Source of the DNA: Emiliania huxleyi CCMP1516
Taxonomy: Eukaryota
Reading direction: 5' to 3'
Assembly (NCBI RefSeq): GCF_000372725.1
Contig: NW_005202368.1
Location: 92,045-156,044, forward strand
Length of the DNA: 64,000 nucleotides
How positions within the stretch are numbered: the first letter of the stretch is position 1; the number at the start of each line of letters is the position of its first letter. The notes below the pieces were generated by a model. The model was given only the letters and a program-made list of their open reading frames with translations, did no database searches and was not told the origin of the DNA. Shown here piece by piece: positions 10,774 to 22,722 of this stretch. Position numbers and translations under genes: made by a program.

Positions 10774-11270
10774 GGGGCTGTACCCGGCGCTTTCGGAGTA
10801 CCGTCGGCTAAGGCCGCGGCGGATTTTTTCTTTTTTCTTCGCTTTTTTCTCACAGGATTTTCCTGTGAAGAGAGACGTAGAGAAACAGATCTTTCAAACT
10901 CGGTGTCGAACCACCAGCCCGACGCTCACTACAAGTGAGGGTACCCCCCGCAAAACTGTTCACAGTCATGTCATCAATCCACAATCGGTGCGGGATACCT
11001 TTTTAGCTTTTCACGACATGCATAACGATTAACGTACCGCTAGCCCGGGCGCGGCCCACCATCTCCGCACCCACGGCAGACCGCGGCCGCGCCCTGGTCC
11101 CATGTCCCAACGTGTGCAGCTATTGTGCAGGGACCGGGAGTGCCCCCGTCTCGCCGATCGGGCGTGGCGACGCGACGTCCGACGCCGCCCGCGAGCGCGC
11201 GATACGGCCCCTCCGCCATCGCCGCCCTCGGCGCTACGCCACCACCTGTTTCGCCAACCTCCTCCCAGCC

Positions 11271-14200
11271 TCACAGCCTCCAGATCTTGTTGAGAGTGTC
11301 TGCGTGCAGCTGAAGGCAGACTTCCTTGCCGACCTGGCCGTGCTTGGTGGCGAAGGGCGACTCGAGGATCTCGGCCCACCTGAGAGAGGGGGGGCGGAGT
11401 CTGGGGGAGGGCAAGAGTGGAGAGGGGGCAAGCGGAGGGAGCGGAGGCGAGGAGGCGAGGCGAGGGCAGGGAAGGGGAGGGAAGCACGCCAGAAGGTGCG
11501 CCGAAGCTCGTCGTCCTTGCGCGCCTCCTCGCGCTTGCGGCGCGAGTACTCGGCCGACGTCTCGGACGAGTCGTACGTGCGCACCTGCCGAGGTGCGCAG
11601 AGGTGCGCCGAGGTCTATTGCCGAGGTCTATTGCCGAAGTCTAGCCGAGGTCTATGCCGAAGTCCGTGCCGAGGTGCGCCGAGGCGCGGCGTCTCGGACA
11701 GTGCCGACGCACCGGAGCAGGCGCGCGCCGGCTCCGCGACTTGGCTGCCGAGACCTGTTCAGGGCTGCGGGTGTGAAGAGACGCCATTCTCGTCGACCAT
11801 CTCGACCGCCGCCACCGCCGACGCCTCCTCCTCCTCGCTCTCGGCGCCAGAAGCGCTGCGACGGCCGGGCTCGGCACTGGCCGTCCCCTCGCCCCCCTCG
11901 CCGCCGCCGGCCTCGCCGCCGACATGGCAGGCAGGCGGCCTCAGGCGCGCAAAGTTTCGCGCCTGTTGTCCGCCGCCCGCTCCACCTCCGTCACCGCCGC
12001 CGCTATCGCCGCCGCCGCTGTCGCCGCCGCTGTCGCCGCCGCCGCTGCCGCCGCTGCCGCTGCCGCCGACAGCCGCCGTCGCCTCGAGCCGCAGCCTCTC
12101 CTGCTCGAGGTGCTTGCGCAGCGTGTGCCACTCTCCCTCCCTCCTCTCGCCAGCCACGCGCACCAGCGCCAGAGGGGACCAGTGCACGCCGTCGAGCGCA
12201 AACTGCACGACGCTCCCCGCCGCCAGCGGCTTCGCCGCCTCCCCCCCCTCCTCCCCCTCCCCCTCCTCCTCCTCCTCCTCCCCCTCCCCCTCCTCCTCCG
12301 CCCCTTCGTCCGCCTCCTCCGCCTCCGGCTCTGGCGCGGGCGGCTGCTCGTCGTGCTCGAAGCACCTGCTCTCACGGCGGCGGCCGTGTGTGAGGGGACG
12401 CCGCACCCGGCGAAGGGAGTGGCGAGCCGTCACGCCCGGAGCGGCACCAGGGCGACTTGTGGCTGAGGCGCACAGACTCAGGCAATCTCGGGCGATCTCG
12501 GGCGATCTCGGGCGATCTCGGCGGTCTCTCCGCGCCAGAGCGACTTGTGGTTGAGCGCGGTCAGGCGCAGCACGAGCCATGCGGCGGGAGAGGCGGCGCC
12601 CTCGCCGCCGCCCTCCGAGACCGCCTCCACCTCCACCATCCGGTAGAGCTTGCGCTCGCTCTGGTCCTCGCAGCTCTGCACGCGCAGCGCGCGAGAGAGG
12701 GCGGTGCACGGCTCCGCCTTGTACATCTCCACCTACCAATGACTCACGACTCGTTCATTCGTTGTGAAGTGAGCGGTGCCTTGCTTCGCCTCGCACATCT
12801 CACCGGCTTGCGCGCGCGCTTTGCGCGCGGCGCCGCCGCCTCCTCCTCCTCCCTCGCGCCGCCTCCGGCAGCGCCAGCCTCGCCCTCCTGCTGCAGGCGC
12901 TGCTTGTGTCCCGCCCACTGCGCCTCCGTCGGCATGCGCCGCACCGTCGCGCGCCGCCAGCGGCCGTCGACGAGCAGGCGGAGGCGGTCGCCCGTCGCGG
13001 GCTCCTCGCGCTTCCAGTCCTCCTCGGGCAGGGAGCAGGAGTTGTACTTGTCCCACGTGTTGTAGTGGCAGTAGAACTCGCGCCGCCACGCCGTCACGCC
13101 GCGGGGCAGCCGCCTCCACGCGCCGCAACTCTCGCATTGCAGCCGGTCGACGCCGGTGTAGCCGTCGCGGTTCCGCTGCACCCACCGCTTGTTGCACGCG
13201 TGCGACGTGGGGCAGAACCAGTTCTTGATCGCCGAGAGCACGACGACGTTCTGGCGGCAGTCGGCAGAGAGGCGCCACAGGGAGTGCTTCTCTCGGTTCC
13301 GCCGGATAATGCCTATTGGACGCGTGTCTCGGAGCTGTCCTGCACAGTGTCCTGGGCACGTGCTTCTCTCTGCTCCGGCAGAGGGTTGCCGCGAAACTCG
13401 TCCTTCCAGCGGCCGGCGACGGTGCACTCGTAGAACATGTGCGTGACGCCCGAGGCGGCGAGGGTGGCGCCGAGGCGGACGCACTGCTCCTCGGAGAAGC
13501 GCAGCTCGCCGAGGTTGATGGACCAGACGGGGCACTTGCGCAGCAGGTCGCAGAGCGCAGCGAAGAGCCACGGCTTGGTCTGCAGAGAAGGAGGGGAGGC
13601 GAGGCGAGGCGAAGGCGAGGTGGGGGGCGAGGAGCGGAGGCGGGGACAGGCGCCATGCGGTAGTGGGCAGCTTGGAGGGTTGGGGAGGAGGGGAGGAGGG
13701 GAGGAGGGAGGAGGTGGGAGGAGGAGGGAGGCGGCGATGCAGATGACCGAGGGGTGGCAGGAGGGGAGCTCCGGCGGCGCGGGTTGCCTGCAGAGGAACC
13801 GCTCCCTGCAGGAAGACGACCTGCGGCGAGGGCGGGGGCGATCGGGAAGAGGGCGGGGGTGCGGAGGCTCTTTTCTGCTCTCTCTCGCTGCGTCCCGCCT
13901 CGCGGCGTCTCGCTGCGGCCAGGACGGCCGTGGCTAGGCAAGGCCCTCCTCGCCCGCACGCCCACCTCGTCCGCCAGGGGAGGAGCCGCACGAGCACTAG
14001 GCGCGAGGGCTGCGGCGTGCCTGGACGGGCGTGTTGTGGGCGATGAGCTCGGTGAGGAGGAGCTCGACCTGGCGGGCGTCCTTCTTGTCGATCAGCTCGT
14101 CGCTGTGCAGCACGGCCGGCCGCAGCTGCACAAACTCCTGCACCCGCTTGGCGACGCTCGGCGGCACGCGCGGCGGCGCAAAGTCGCACACCCAGCCGCC

Positions 14201-14335
14201 GTGCGCGAGGGAGAGCTCACGCCGCGCTTGCTCCTCCTCGTCGCGGGCGCGGAGGTCCTGCTCGTCCTCGAGCAGCGTGTCGCGGCAGAAGAACTTGCAG
14301 CGGGGGCAGGCGGAGGCCGCTTTCTGCGGCGGCAT
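11271..14335 (-). CDS. Multi-exon putative chromatin protein with a CW-type zinc finger and Tudor/Agenet-like segments
   Basis: LQCESCGAWRRLP...FYCHYNTWDKYNSCSLPEE is a CW-finger pattern. An N-terminal LRR-like segment (VWSINLGELRFS) and an acidic linker are present. Last exon ends LNKIWRL* at 11271. Confidence 0.7.
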
Positions 14336-14525
14336 CGGCCGGCTTGCTGGGATGTGGCGCCGACGGGTGCGATCTCGCCGCCGGCTTGCGGTGGTGAGCG
14401 AGGAGAGAAGCGCCGACGGGTGCGAGCGAAAGCGCGCGCACTCACGGGCGTTTTCACAGCCGCCGCCCCCCCGAGCATCGAAGCTCTACCAACAATTTTC
14501 CTCGGACAGCCAAAAAGACAGTCCC

Positions 14526-16100
14526 TCAGGTTGCCGGTGGGTCGTGGTCTGAGCGAACGGCCACCGGAGCCGAAAGCGGCGTGAGCCGCAGGAGCAAGCC
14601 GTCGAGCGGCTGGAGCGTCACGTTCAGGGCCTCCTTGGGCTCGGTGCTGCCGGCCGACAGGCTGAAGTCGCGCAGCACGTGCGCGAGCAGTGAGAGCACC
14701 TGCGCCTCTGCCAGCCGGTAGCCGACGCAGAGGCGCGGTCCTACGCCGAAGGCGACGATGGTGGCGCCGTGCGCACCGTACTCGCCGCGGCCGAAGCGGC
14801 TCGGGTCGAAGCGCGCCGGCTCGGGGAAGAGGGACGCGTCCTCACAGATCGCGATCTTGTTCTGCACGATGCGCGTGCCCTTTGCCACCGAGTAGCCGTG
14901 GATGGTCGCGCGTGACGGAGCGAGCCGCGGCACGAGCGGCACCGTCGGGCGCAGCCGCAGCGCCTCGAACATGACGCCCTGAAGCAGCGAGCACTTGTAG
15001 AGGTCGGCGAGGCTGGCGCGGCGCAGGTCGAGGGCGGCCACTTCGGCGCGAACCTGCTCCTGCTCGCGCGGGTGAGTGGCGAGCAGATGCAGCGCCCAGG
15101 TCGCCGTGTTGCTCGACGTCTCGTGCCCCGCGAGCAGCAGCCCGGTCATCTCGTCGGCGACTGCGGACGGCGTGAGCGCCGAGCCCCCGCTCTCGGCACA
15201 CTTGGCGAGCTTCGCCGCCAGGCTGCCCGACGCCTCGCTGCTCCCCGCCGCCGCTCGCTGCAGGATGGCCTCCGCCGTCGAGCGATAGAGCTGCAACGCA
15301 CCCTTGAAGGCGCGCGTCTTCGCACGCTGCAGCGGCGCGAGCTTGCCCAGGAGGAAGCGACGAGTGAGCTCCTGCAGAATGACCTTGGCGGCGGCGGCGT
15401 ACGGGCTCTGGCGCTCCTCGCTAGCCGACGCAAGGGCGCCGAAGTCGTGCGCACACGCCACATGGCCAAAGATGTCGAGCGACCAGCTGCTCAGCGTCTC
15501 GTGTACGTCCTGCTCGGGCACTTCGTGCTCACAGGACGCGCGCGTGCGCCACAGCTCGCACAGCTCGAGACTCTTGGCGTGCACGAGCGGGAGGAACGAG
15601 TCGATCGAGGAGGTCGAGAAGAGAGGGGCGACCAGCCTGCGCTGCATGGCCCAGTCTGGGCCCATCGGCAGTGCCAGCAACGACCTGGGCGCCACGGCGG
15701 CAAAGGCGGAGCGGTCTGAGTCGGCCTTGCGATACCAGCCGGGCACGTCTTTGACATACACCGCACCCGACTTCCCAAAGAAGCCGAGGAGCCGGAAGGC
15801 GGAGCCCAACAATGCGTGCTGGCGAGCGTAGAAACGGTGGCGCTCGTTGATGTTTAGGCGCCCGTCGAGGATGTGCCCAACCAGCAACGTCCGAAACCTC
15901 AGGTGCGGCATAGGCATCGTCGTGAGGTGAGCTCGAACGACGAGCAGTGCAGGCAGCAGCAGGACTGCCGACGTGACGATCACTATGAAGAGGTGCACGT
16001 CGCTTACGGACGGCGGCGGCGGCGGTGGCGGTGGCGGCAGCGGTGCCACGTCTCGTCGCTTGTAGAAGGATGCCGCCGCTATGAGTAGCGTAGTCGGCAT
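14526..16100 (-). CDS. Cytochrome P450, intronless
   Basis: N-terminal TM anchor, I-helix AGHETS, K-helix EALR, PARFDPSRF and heme motif FGVGPRLCVG. Confidence 0.95.
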   Translation of the reverse strand: MPTTLLIAAASFYKRRDVAPLPPPPPPPPPSVSDVHLFIVIVTSAVLLLPALLVVRAHLTTMPMPHLRFRTLLVGHILDGRLNINERHRFYARQHALLGSAFRLLGFFGKSGAVYVKDVPGWYRKADSDRSAFAAVAPRSLLALPMGPDWAMQRRLVAPLFSTSSIDSFLPLVHAKSLELCELWRTRASCEHEVPEQDVHETLSSWSLDIFGHVACAHDFGALASASEERQSPYAAAAKVILQELTRRFLLGKLAPLQRAKTRAFKGALQLYRSTAEAILQRAAAGSSEASGSLAAKLAKCAESGGSALTPSAVADEMTGLLLAGHETSSNTATWALHLLATHPREQEQVRAEVAALDLRRASLADLYKCSLLQGVMFEALRLRPTVPLVPRLAPSRATIHGYSVAKGTRIVQNKIAICEDASLFPEPARFDPSRFGRGEYGAHGATIVAFGVGPRLCVGYRLAEAQVLSLLAHVLRDFSLSAGSTEPKEALNVTLQPLDGLLLRLTPLSAPVAVRSDHDPPAT

Positions 16101-16439
16101 GAGTGGTCCGGGAGGGGTGGTTGACTTTTCGGCGGCTCTGCCAAAAAAAGGGGCCGCTCTGCAAGGGGCCCCTCCCTCCTCTCGCCCGCCTTCATAGCGC
16201 GAGAGGGTCTCGAAGGAGAGGAGTAGTTGAATTGAGAAATGCGCTCCTCTTGCGAGACAAACAAATCGGCCACGAGGCCTGGGCGGCCGCCGCGCTCGGC
16301 GGCGGCCGCGCCTGACATGCGTGGTGAGGGGGGAGGCGCTGCTCCCTACCCCTCGCTCTCCGGGATGGTGACCACCGCGTGAGCCCGGAACGGCCAGGGC
16401 GCAGTCCCCCCCCACGCGATCGCGTGTCAGGCACCTCCA

Positions 16440-16830
16440 TCAGTAACAGTCCACCTCCTTGTACTCCTCGGCGACGTCGTCGACGCTAGTGGACCCGGCC
16501 TTCCTCGACCACTCGACGGCGTGACCGAAGCAGGCGCGGACGTACAGGCGGTAGCAGTCGGACGACCACCGCCCCATCGTCATGATGTCGATCTGGGAGG
16601 CGCCCGCTTTGAAGAGCGCCGTCGCGCCACCAATGCGCAGCGAGTGGGCGCCGAACTCGGCGGGCGACGCACCGGCGCGCTGCATCAGCCGCTTGATCAT
16701 GTCCCGCACCTGCGCCTCGGTGATGGCGGAGCCATCGGCGTGGCGGAACAGCGGCGTGCGCGTGGCGCGGTCGCCGTACACCGGGTCGACGGTGAGGAGG
16801 TTGCGCAGCTCAGCTGGGGCGTCGATCGAT
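16440..16830 (-). mobile_element. C-terminal fragment of a tyrosine recombinase (DIRS/Ngaro/Crypton-like)
   Basis: TPLF...AHSLRIGGATALF.AGAS..DI.TMGRWSSDCYRLYVR carries HxxR, W and the catalytic Y. The N-terminal part is missing. Confidence 0.88.
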
Positions 16831-18216
16831 GGCGGCGAATGCGGCGAGCCTCTTGACGCACGCGCGCTCCGTGGGCGTCAAGCTCTGCGCGGCAGCGGCC
16901 GCGGAGAGGGCCTCGTCGCTGCCCTCACCCGATGCGCCCGTCGTGATCTTGATGATCGGCTGCGTAAGGATCGGAGGCGGCACGCCCGGTGGCGGAGTGG
17001 GCGGGGCGAGCCGCTGCTGCTCCTTGGCCATCGCAAATTGGTACATCAGCGAGCACGCTGCGTCCACCGACCAGTCGGTGCGAAGGGCGAGCGACGCGAG
17101 AGAAGCGTCCCGGAGGCTGTCGAGCCCAGTTTCCAGCCATCGCTCGATCGCGTCGCGAAGGACCACCTCACTGGAGCGAATGAAAGTGCACCGCTGCTCA
17201 TCGGGCTCGATCAGAGGGGCGACCCTTTTGGCGAAGTCGCCCCAGTTCTCCCCGCGGATATTGCGCGTGAAGAACTCCGTGCGCGACTTGGGTGCGGGCA
17301 GCGCGGCGACCGGCGTGAAGTCGGGGCCAAGCCTCTCGAGCTGACTCCGAAGCTCGAAGACGGAGTAGGTCGCCTTGTCCCCAACAGCGGCCAACCAGCC
17401 AGAGCCTTCCCAGCCAGAGCCTTCGCCGCCGGAGACTTTGGCCTCGAGAGCTCGGGCGAACGTCTTGACGCGCTCCTCTCCCGAGAGCGAGACCGCGCCC
17501 GCGGCCGGAAGACCGTCTGCTAACTGGAGGATCTCCTCTTGCGAGACGTGGCCTTCGGCGGCGCTGCCTGACTTGGGCAACTTGCGGAAAACAGCCAGAG
17601 CATTGCTCGAGCCGTCGACCTTGACAAGCGTCGCGTTAGAGACGACGTGTGCCTGCGCCGGCTGTAGCATGAGGCTCACCAGCAAGGTGTTGAGGACGAC
17701 CGAGCGTCGGGGCTCGCCCTGCGCTCCGCTCTCCTCGAGCACGTACATGCCCTCGGATGGTCCTTGAATGACGGTGTAAGGCATCTGCGCCTCCTCACCG
17801 CTCTCGAGCGGCACCTTGCCGCTGCCGGTGCGGCCCGCGAGCGAGCCAGCCTCCACTGTCGAAAGGATGCCCGCGTTGGCGAATGCCTCTCCGAGTTGCG
17901 TGGCCCAGCCCGCGGCCAAGTGACCCAACTGTGATGACGACAAACGTTCAAGTGTCTTGACAACCTTCTCTGCCGCATCGGCGGGGCCACCCGAGGCGGT
18001 GCCTCCGTACTGCTGCGACAGCAGGGCGAGAGCGGCCGCCTTGGCCTGGCTCTCGTCGAGTCCCGTCTGCAGCACCTTGACGGTATAGTAATTACGCTCA
18101 CCGGCTTTGACGACAGAGGAACACAACAGGTATTGATCCTTGTCCACGCCATGCACGGCACTGTCCTTGGTGGCCTTAGTAAGCGCCCTTTCCACAAGCG
18201 TCTCAATGGCCGACAT
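16810..18216 (-). mobile_element. Long intronless ORF of unknown function, probably ORF1/gag-like of the same YR retroelement, truncated by an internal deletion
   Basis: Same strand and directly upstream of the YR fragment, fused out of frame at ATCGATCGA (16822-16830). No RT or RNase H motifs are present. Confidence 0.55.
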
Positions 18217-18776
18217 CAGCGACCGGCGACAGAGATCAAAGGGCGGGAGCACAGTGGCGTGGACGAGAACGCGCGTGCGCAAACAAGCGGACGCGCGATC
18301 CTGAAACGTCGTCCTTGGCCACGTGCCCCGCTGGCAAACCAAGAGAGGGTGGATAGAGATGGGCGCCTCAGGCGACCGCTCGTCCTGCCCCTCCCCTCAG
18401 CAGAGCGGGCGAGAATGCTAAAGCATTCACGCCACCGCCGGAACGCGGCCGAGATGTGTTTGCGACTTCGAAAATGAGGACGTTGTGTGAGGATAACCCT
18501 TGCGCAACCGAGACCCTTGCCAAGGGCAACCGAGAAGCAGCGTTCACAGAAAACAAACATCACGCTCTCCACGCTGGCGAGGTACTTCCAGCCTGCTGTG
18601 GGAACAGCTGACGCAGTCTCGCCGAGGCTCGCCCCAGCACGGGTTCCCTCGCCCCCCCGAAGGGGGGACCCGTGAGGGGGGACCCGTGACACATCGCCCG
18701 CATCGAGTACTCGCCAGCCACCACGTGTGCCCCGGCGCAGAGAGCACGGCAGCGGCGCCAGTCCAGGTAGCACCGA

Positions 18777-19724
18777 ATGTCGCCGGCCTATCGCTCGCTC
18801 TTGCTCTCCTGCCTGCTGTTTCTCGCCTCCGCACAGGAGCCGGATCTCTCTTCTCTCATGGGAGGCATGGGCGGCATGGGCGGCATGGGCGGCGGCGACA
18901 TGGGCGGAATGGGCGACATGATGGGCGGGATGGGCGGGATGGGCGGGATGGGCGGGATGGGCGGGATGGGCGGCGGCCCTCCTCCAAAGCCGGAGCCCCG
19001 AATGGAGGATGTGCCGCTGATTCAGTGCGCCGCGTGCAAGGCGACGGTGCGTCGCGCGTTTCACGTCGCCAAGACGCTCCGCGCCGGCGGCAAGGGTGCG
19101 TCAAGAGCTGTCGTTTACGCAGCACTCGTCCAGAGGTCCGAGACAGGTCCGAGACATGTCCTTGTAGGTGCGTCGGAGATGTCGCTGCTCACCGCGATCG
19201 CACCGCTCTGCGACACGAGCGCCGAGGCCGGCGAGTGGCTCCACGACTATGATATGCAGGAGCAGACCGACGGGACGGTCGCGCTGAAGCGCATGAGCTC
19301 GCATGGCGAGTGCGGCGTCGAGTGCATTGGACCGCGGCACCTGTGAGTTGGACGGCGTCTCTTCACACCGGCAGCTGCGTGCAGGTGCGGCGTCGAGTGC
19401 GCGACGGCCGGCGCGGCGTGCCAGCGTGTGCTGGACGATGTGGATTCGGAGCTGGCGGAGAAGCTCTTTGGGGACGCCTACTCGTCGCACGACACCCTCG
19501 TCGCCGAGGTGTGCGGCTCCCCAACGGCGGGCGCCGGCCTCGCGAAGCTCTCGGGCAACTGCGGGCAGCCGCAGCCTGTTGCGCCACCAAACAGGCCTGT
19601 GGGCGAAGAGTTCCTTCGGCGGGCGAAGGAGGCGCCGCCGCCGCCGCCGGAGAAGAAGAAGGCCAAGAAGAAGAAGAAGAAGAAGAAGAAGAAGGAAACG
19701 TCGGCGGACAAGTCGGAGCTGTAA
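18777..19724 (+). CDS. Canopy/saposin-like ER-lumen protein with (GGM)n tract, 3 exons
   Basis: Signal peptide, CAACK..V, LCD, GEW..YD, ECGVEC..ACQRVLDDVD and EVC cysteine pattern, poly-K tract and C-terminal KSEL (KDEL-like). Confidence 0.75.
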
Positions 19725-19944
19725 TCAGAGCGCTGGCGTGTTGGGTGCTGGGTGAAGGAAGGGATGCCGCACCGTCTGCCCCGCGCCAGCCCTGGCCACC
19801 CCCGACTGGGGGAAAGAGCTGCAGCGAGAGGAGCGCGCGTCGGGAGAGAAAGGCGTCCGCCTCGGCCTTTTGCTGTCAGACTAGTATCCGATGCAGTTGA
19901 TGAGCGTCGCGGTCGGCGATCCCTCGCTGGCGAATAAATAATGT

Positions 19945-20019
19945 GGAGACGCGAGGGTTGCCACCCCTTGCCCCACCACCTCGTGTGTGTGGAGAAGTTT
20001 ACCTTACCTTACCTTACCT
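19945..20019 (+). mobile_element. Retroposon family B 3' end with (CCTTA)n tail
   Basis: ccccttgccccaccacctcgtgtgtgtggagaagttt(acctt)n, flanked by TAATGT (19939-19944, 20020-20025). Confidence 0.85.
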
Positions 20020-20297
20020 TAATGTAAGTATCTTCTTTTTCTGTCGGAAGCACTCGTGGTACGTAGACGTACACGTGTACGGCTTTTTACGGCGTTAGTG
20101 TGCGGGTTCCAGGCAGCCCAGAAAAAGAATTTCCTGGGCCCGTCAGATCGTCACGACTCACGCCATCCAGCTCCCCAGCCACCACAGTATCTGTGCTCTT
20201 AGTCTAGCGCTTGTGAAGCCCTCCCACCCTATCCGGATCTTGGCCTCTCCCGAGTCGGCCGCACTCCTGTATGAACCACGCGCCCCTCGCCCCCCTC

Positions 20298-21174
20298 TCA
20301 CTCCTGCGACCACACCTCGATCTTCTTGGGCAGCAGCTGGTTGGACAGGTCCTCTCCGTGGCCCAGGCAGCCGCCCTCGCCCGCGCCCCAGGTGAAGACG
20401 GCGCCGTCGGCGGTGCGGGCGAGGTTGTGGTGGCCTCCAGCCGACACAGCGACGACGCGCTGGCCCGCCAAGGCCTCGATCTTCTTCCGCAGCAGCTGGC
20501 GCTGCTGGTCGCCGTGGCCCAGCTTGCCAAAGTGGCCATCGCCCCAGCTCCAGACAGCGCCGTCGGCGGTGAGGGCGAGGCTATGGAAGTATCCAGCCGA
20601 CACAGCGATGACGCGCTGCCCAGTCGGAGCCTCGATCTTCTTCGGCAGCAGCTGGTTCTGCTGGTCGCCGTGGCCCAGCTGGCCATCGGCTCCCCAGCCC
20701 CAGCTCCACACGGCACCGTCGGCGGTGAGGGCGAGATTGTGGTCGCCTCCAGTCGACACAGCAAGGATGCGCTGGCCAGCAAAGGCTTCGATCTTCTTGG
20801 GCAGCAGCTGGCTCTGCCAGTCGCCGTGGCCCAGCTGGCCTTGCGATCCAAAGCCCCAGCTCCAGACAGCGCCGTCGGCGGTGAGGGCGAGGCTGTGGTG
20901 CTCTCCAGCTGACACAGCGACGACGCGCTGCCCCGCCAAGGCCTCGACCTTCTTGGGCAGCGGCTGACTCTGCTCGTCGCCGTGGCCCAGCGTGCCATCC
21001 TCTCCCCAGCCCCAGCTCCAGAGCGCGCCATCGGCGGTGAGGGCGAGGCTGTGAGGCATTCCAGCCGACACAGCGACGACGCGCTGGGCAGCAAAGGCCT
21101 CGATCTTCTTGGGCTGCCACTGATCCTCCTTGTCGCCGTGTCCCAGCTTGCCGTCCTCGCCGCTGCCCCAGGAC
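20298..21174 (-). pseudogene. RCC1-repeat protein, C-terminal half of a split gene
   Basis: Tandem repeats HSLALTADGAVWSWG.G..G.LGHGD...LPKKIEA. Homology starts abruptly mid-repeat at SWGSGEDGKLGHGD. Confidence 0.85.
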
Positions 21175-21382
21175 AGATTAGTGCCGCGCACGTCACCATT
21201 GAACTCGCCACGAACGGGCATGAACTCGCCCAGCGCGCATGGGTGGGAGCGCCTCCATACACACCGTGCCCTCGCAGTCCGAATCGTGGCGCCCGCCTTA
21301 TTTGGTGGGCCGGCCCGGGCGTAACGGTCGCACGTCCCCAAAATCACCCTCGAGGTCTTGCGATTCATCTCGCCAGCCAGCT

Positions 21383-21601
21383 CTAACCCGGGGTGCGCTG
21401 CACTAACCCGGCCCTAACCCACCCCTAACCTGGCGCAAACCCATGCTGACGTATGCCCCCCAGCCGCACGGGTTAGTGCCGGGTTAGTGCCGGGTTATGG
21501 TAACCCATTCTGACCCGTGCTGACTGACCCGTGCGGGGTTAGTGAGCACTAACCCGCGCTAACCCGCGCTCACCGAAAGACTCACCCGAGTGTAGGTTCC
21601 C
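21383..21601. repeat. Cluster of CTAACCC/GGGTTAG motifs in both orientations (telomere-like, palindromic); probable DNA-transposon subterminal region
   Basis: About ten (c)taaccc/gggtta(g) units, including the near-palindrome gggttagtg-ag-cactaaccc. Confidence 0.6.
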
Positions 21602-22569
21602 TACCAAGAGCTGTGAAAACTGCGGGGACATGGGCCTGCCTGGCGTTTGTACCCCGTGTGTGCCGCGTCCTGTCCCCAGAAATCCAGAACGCTTATCCTT
21701 GAGTCGTCTGATGTTGATCAAGGTGTTGAAAAGAAACTTTTTGTTGGACGCGCGCCTAGGTTTCTCAATGTATGTGGCTCTTTACGTACATTCCCGGAGG
21801 AGGACTTCTGACAGGGTTTCCCGCTCTCCGCGAATCCGCGCGCCTCGTGCACAGTTTGCCCACGGAGCGCTCGACGATTTCTTTTTAGGCCCTTCCGATG
21901 TAGAGTGAGTATTCTGGGAGGCCATAAAAAGAAAAACAGAAGAAAATTTGGTGGTTTGCTGCTGCTGCTCCACCGCCGTCGGCCGAGTACCGCCGCCTCG
22001 ACAAGGCGGTCGTGCACGTGGCTCGCGCCGAGGTGGAGGCAGCCGGGTGAGGCTGTTCGCGCCGTCGCCGACTTTTGCGACTACGAGATCCGGAATCGCC
22101 TCACGGCGCGGTTGAGTTGTTGTTTCCGCTTTTAGTAGAGCGGACTTGCTGCCGTCCTGGAACCCGCTCACCACAGAGCGCATGAAAAAAAATAAAATTC
22201 TAAATGGGCAGAGCAGCTGAAGTCACCTCCTTGCTTGGATGCCGTTCGAGCTCTCGTCTCTCTCACGAGGGGTGGCTTCGACCGCGGTCTGACCTATCGC
22301 CAGCTTGCGTGCTGTAGCCTCCTCGCCAGCCACCACATTCTGCGTGGCGATGAGAGCGTGGGCCTCGGTCATTCACTGCCAATCGTTTGAGCTCCAGGTT
22401 TTGGCGGCGTAAACCACCGTCGCTGCGTTACTTCGCAGCGACGTCTCGGCGCTTGTGGGCGGCGGCTCCTCTGGCGTAACCTCGCAGCTTGTCGCTCTGG
22501 CAAAAGCGACCGACACAGCGCTCGTCGGGTACCGAATTGGGCAAGGAGCACTTGACACGATGCATCGCT

Positions 22570-22570
<1 letters not shown>

Positions 22571-22629
<59 letters not shown>

Positions 22630-22687
22630 CCTCCCTCCCTCCCTCCCTCTCCCTCTCCCTCTCCCTCTCCCTCTCCCTCTCTCCCTC

Positions 22688-22722
<35 letters not shown>
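22571..22722. repeat. (CT)n/(CCCT)n/(CTCTCC)n microsatellite
   Basis: Directly visible; it accounts for the SL and ER repeat ORFs here. Confidence 0.97.

Noticed and set aside
20298..21174. Regular ~156-bp repeats here, and ~99-bp and ~140-bp repeats at 34900-36050 and 38900-39750, as possible CRISPR-like arrays
   Set aside because: They are in-frame protein repeats (RCC1, ankyrin, kelch) with no unique spacers or cas genes.
21383..21570. True telomere or chromosome-fusion site
   Set aside because: The motifs are degenerate, interspersed and mixed in orientation rather than a tandem TTAGGG tract.
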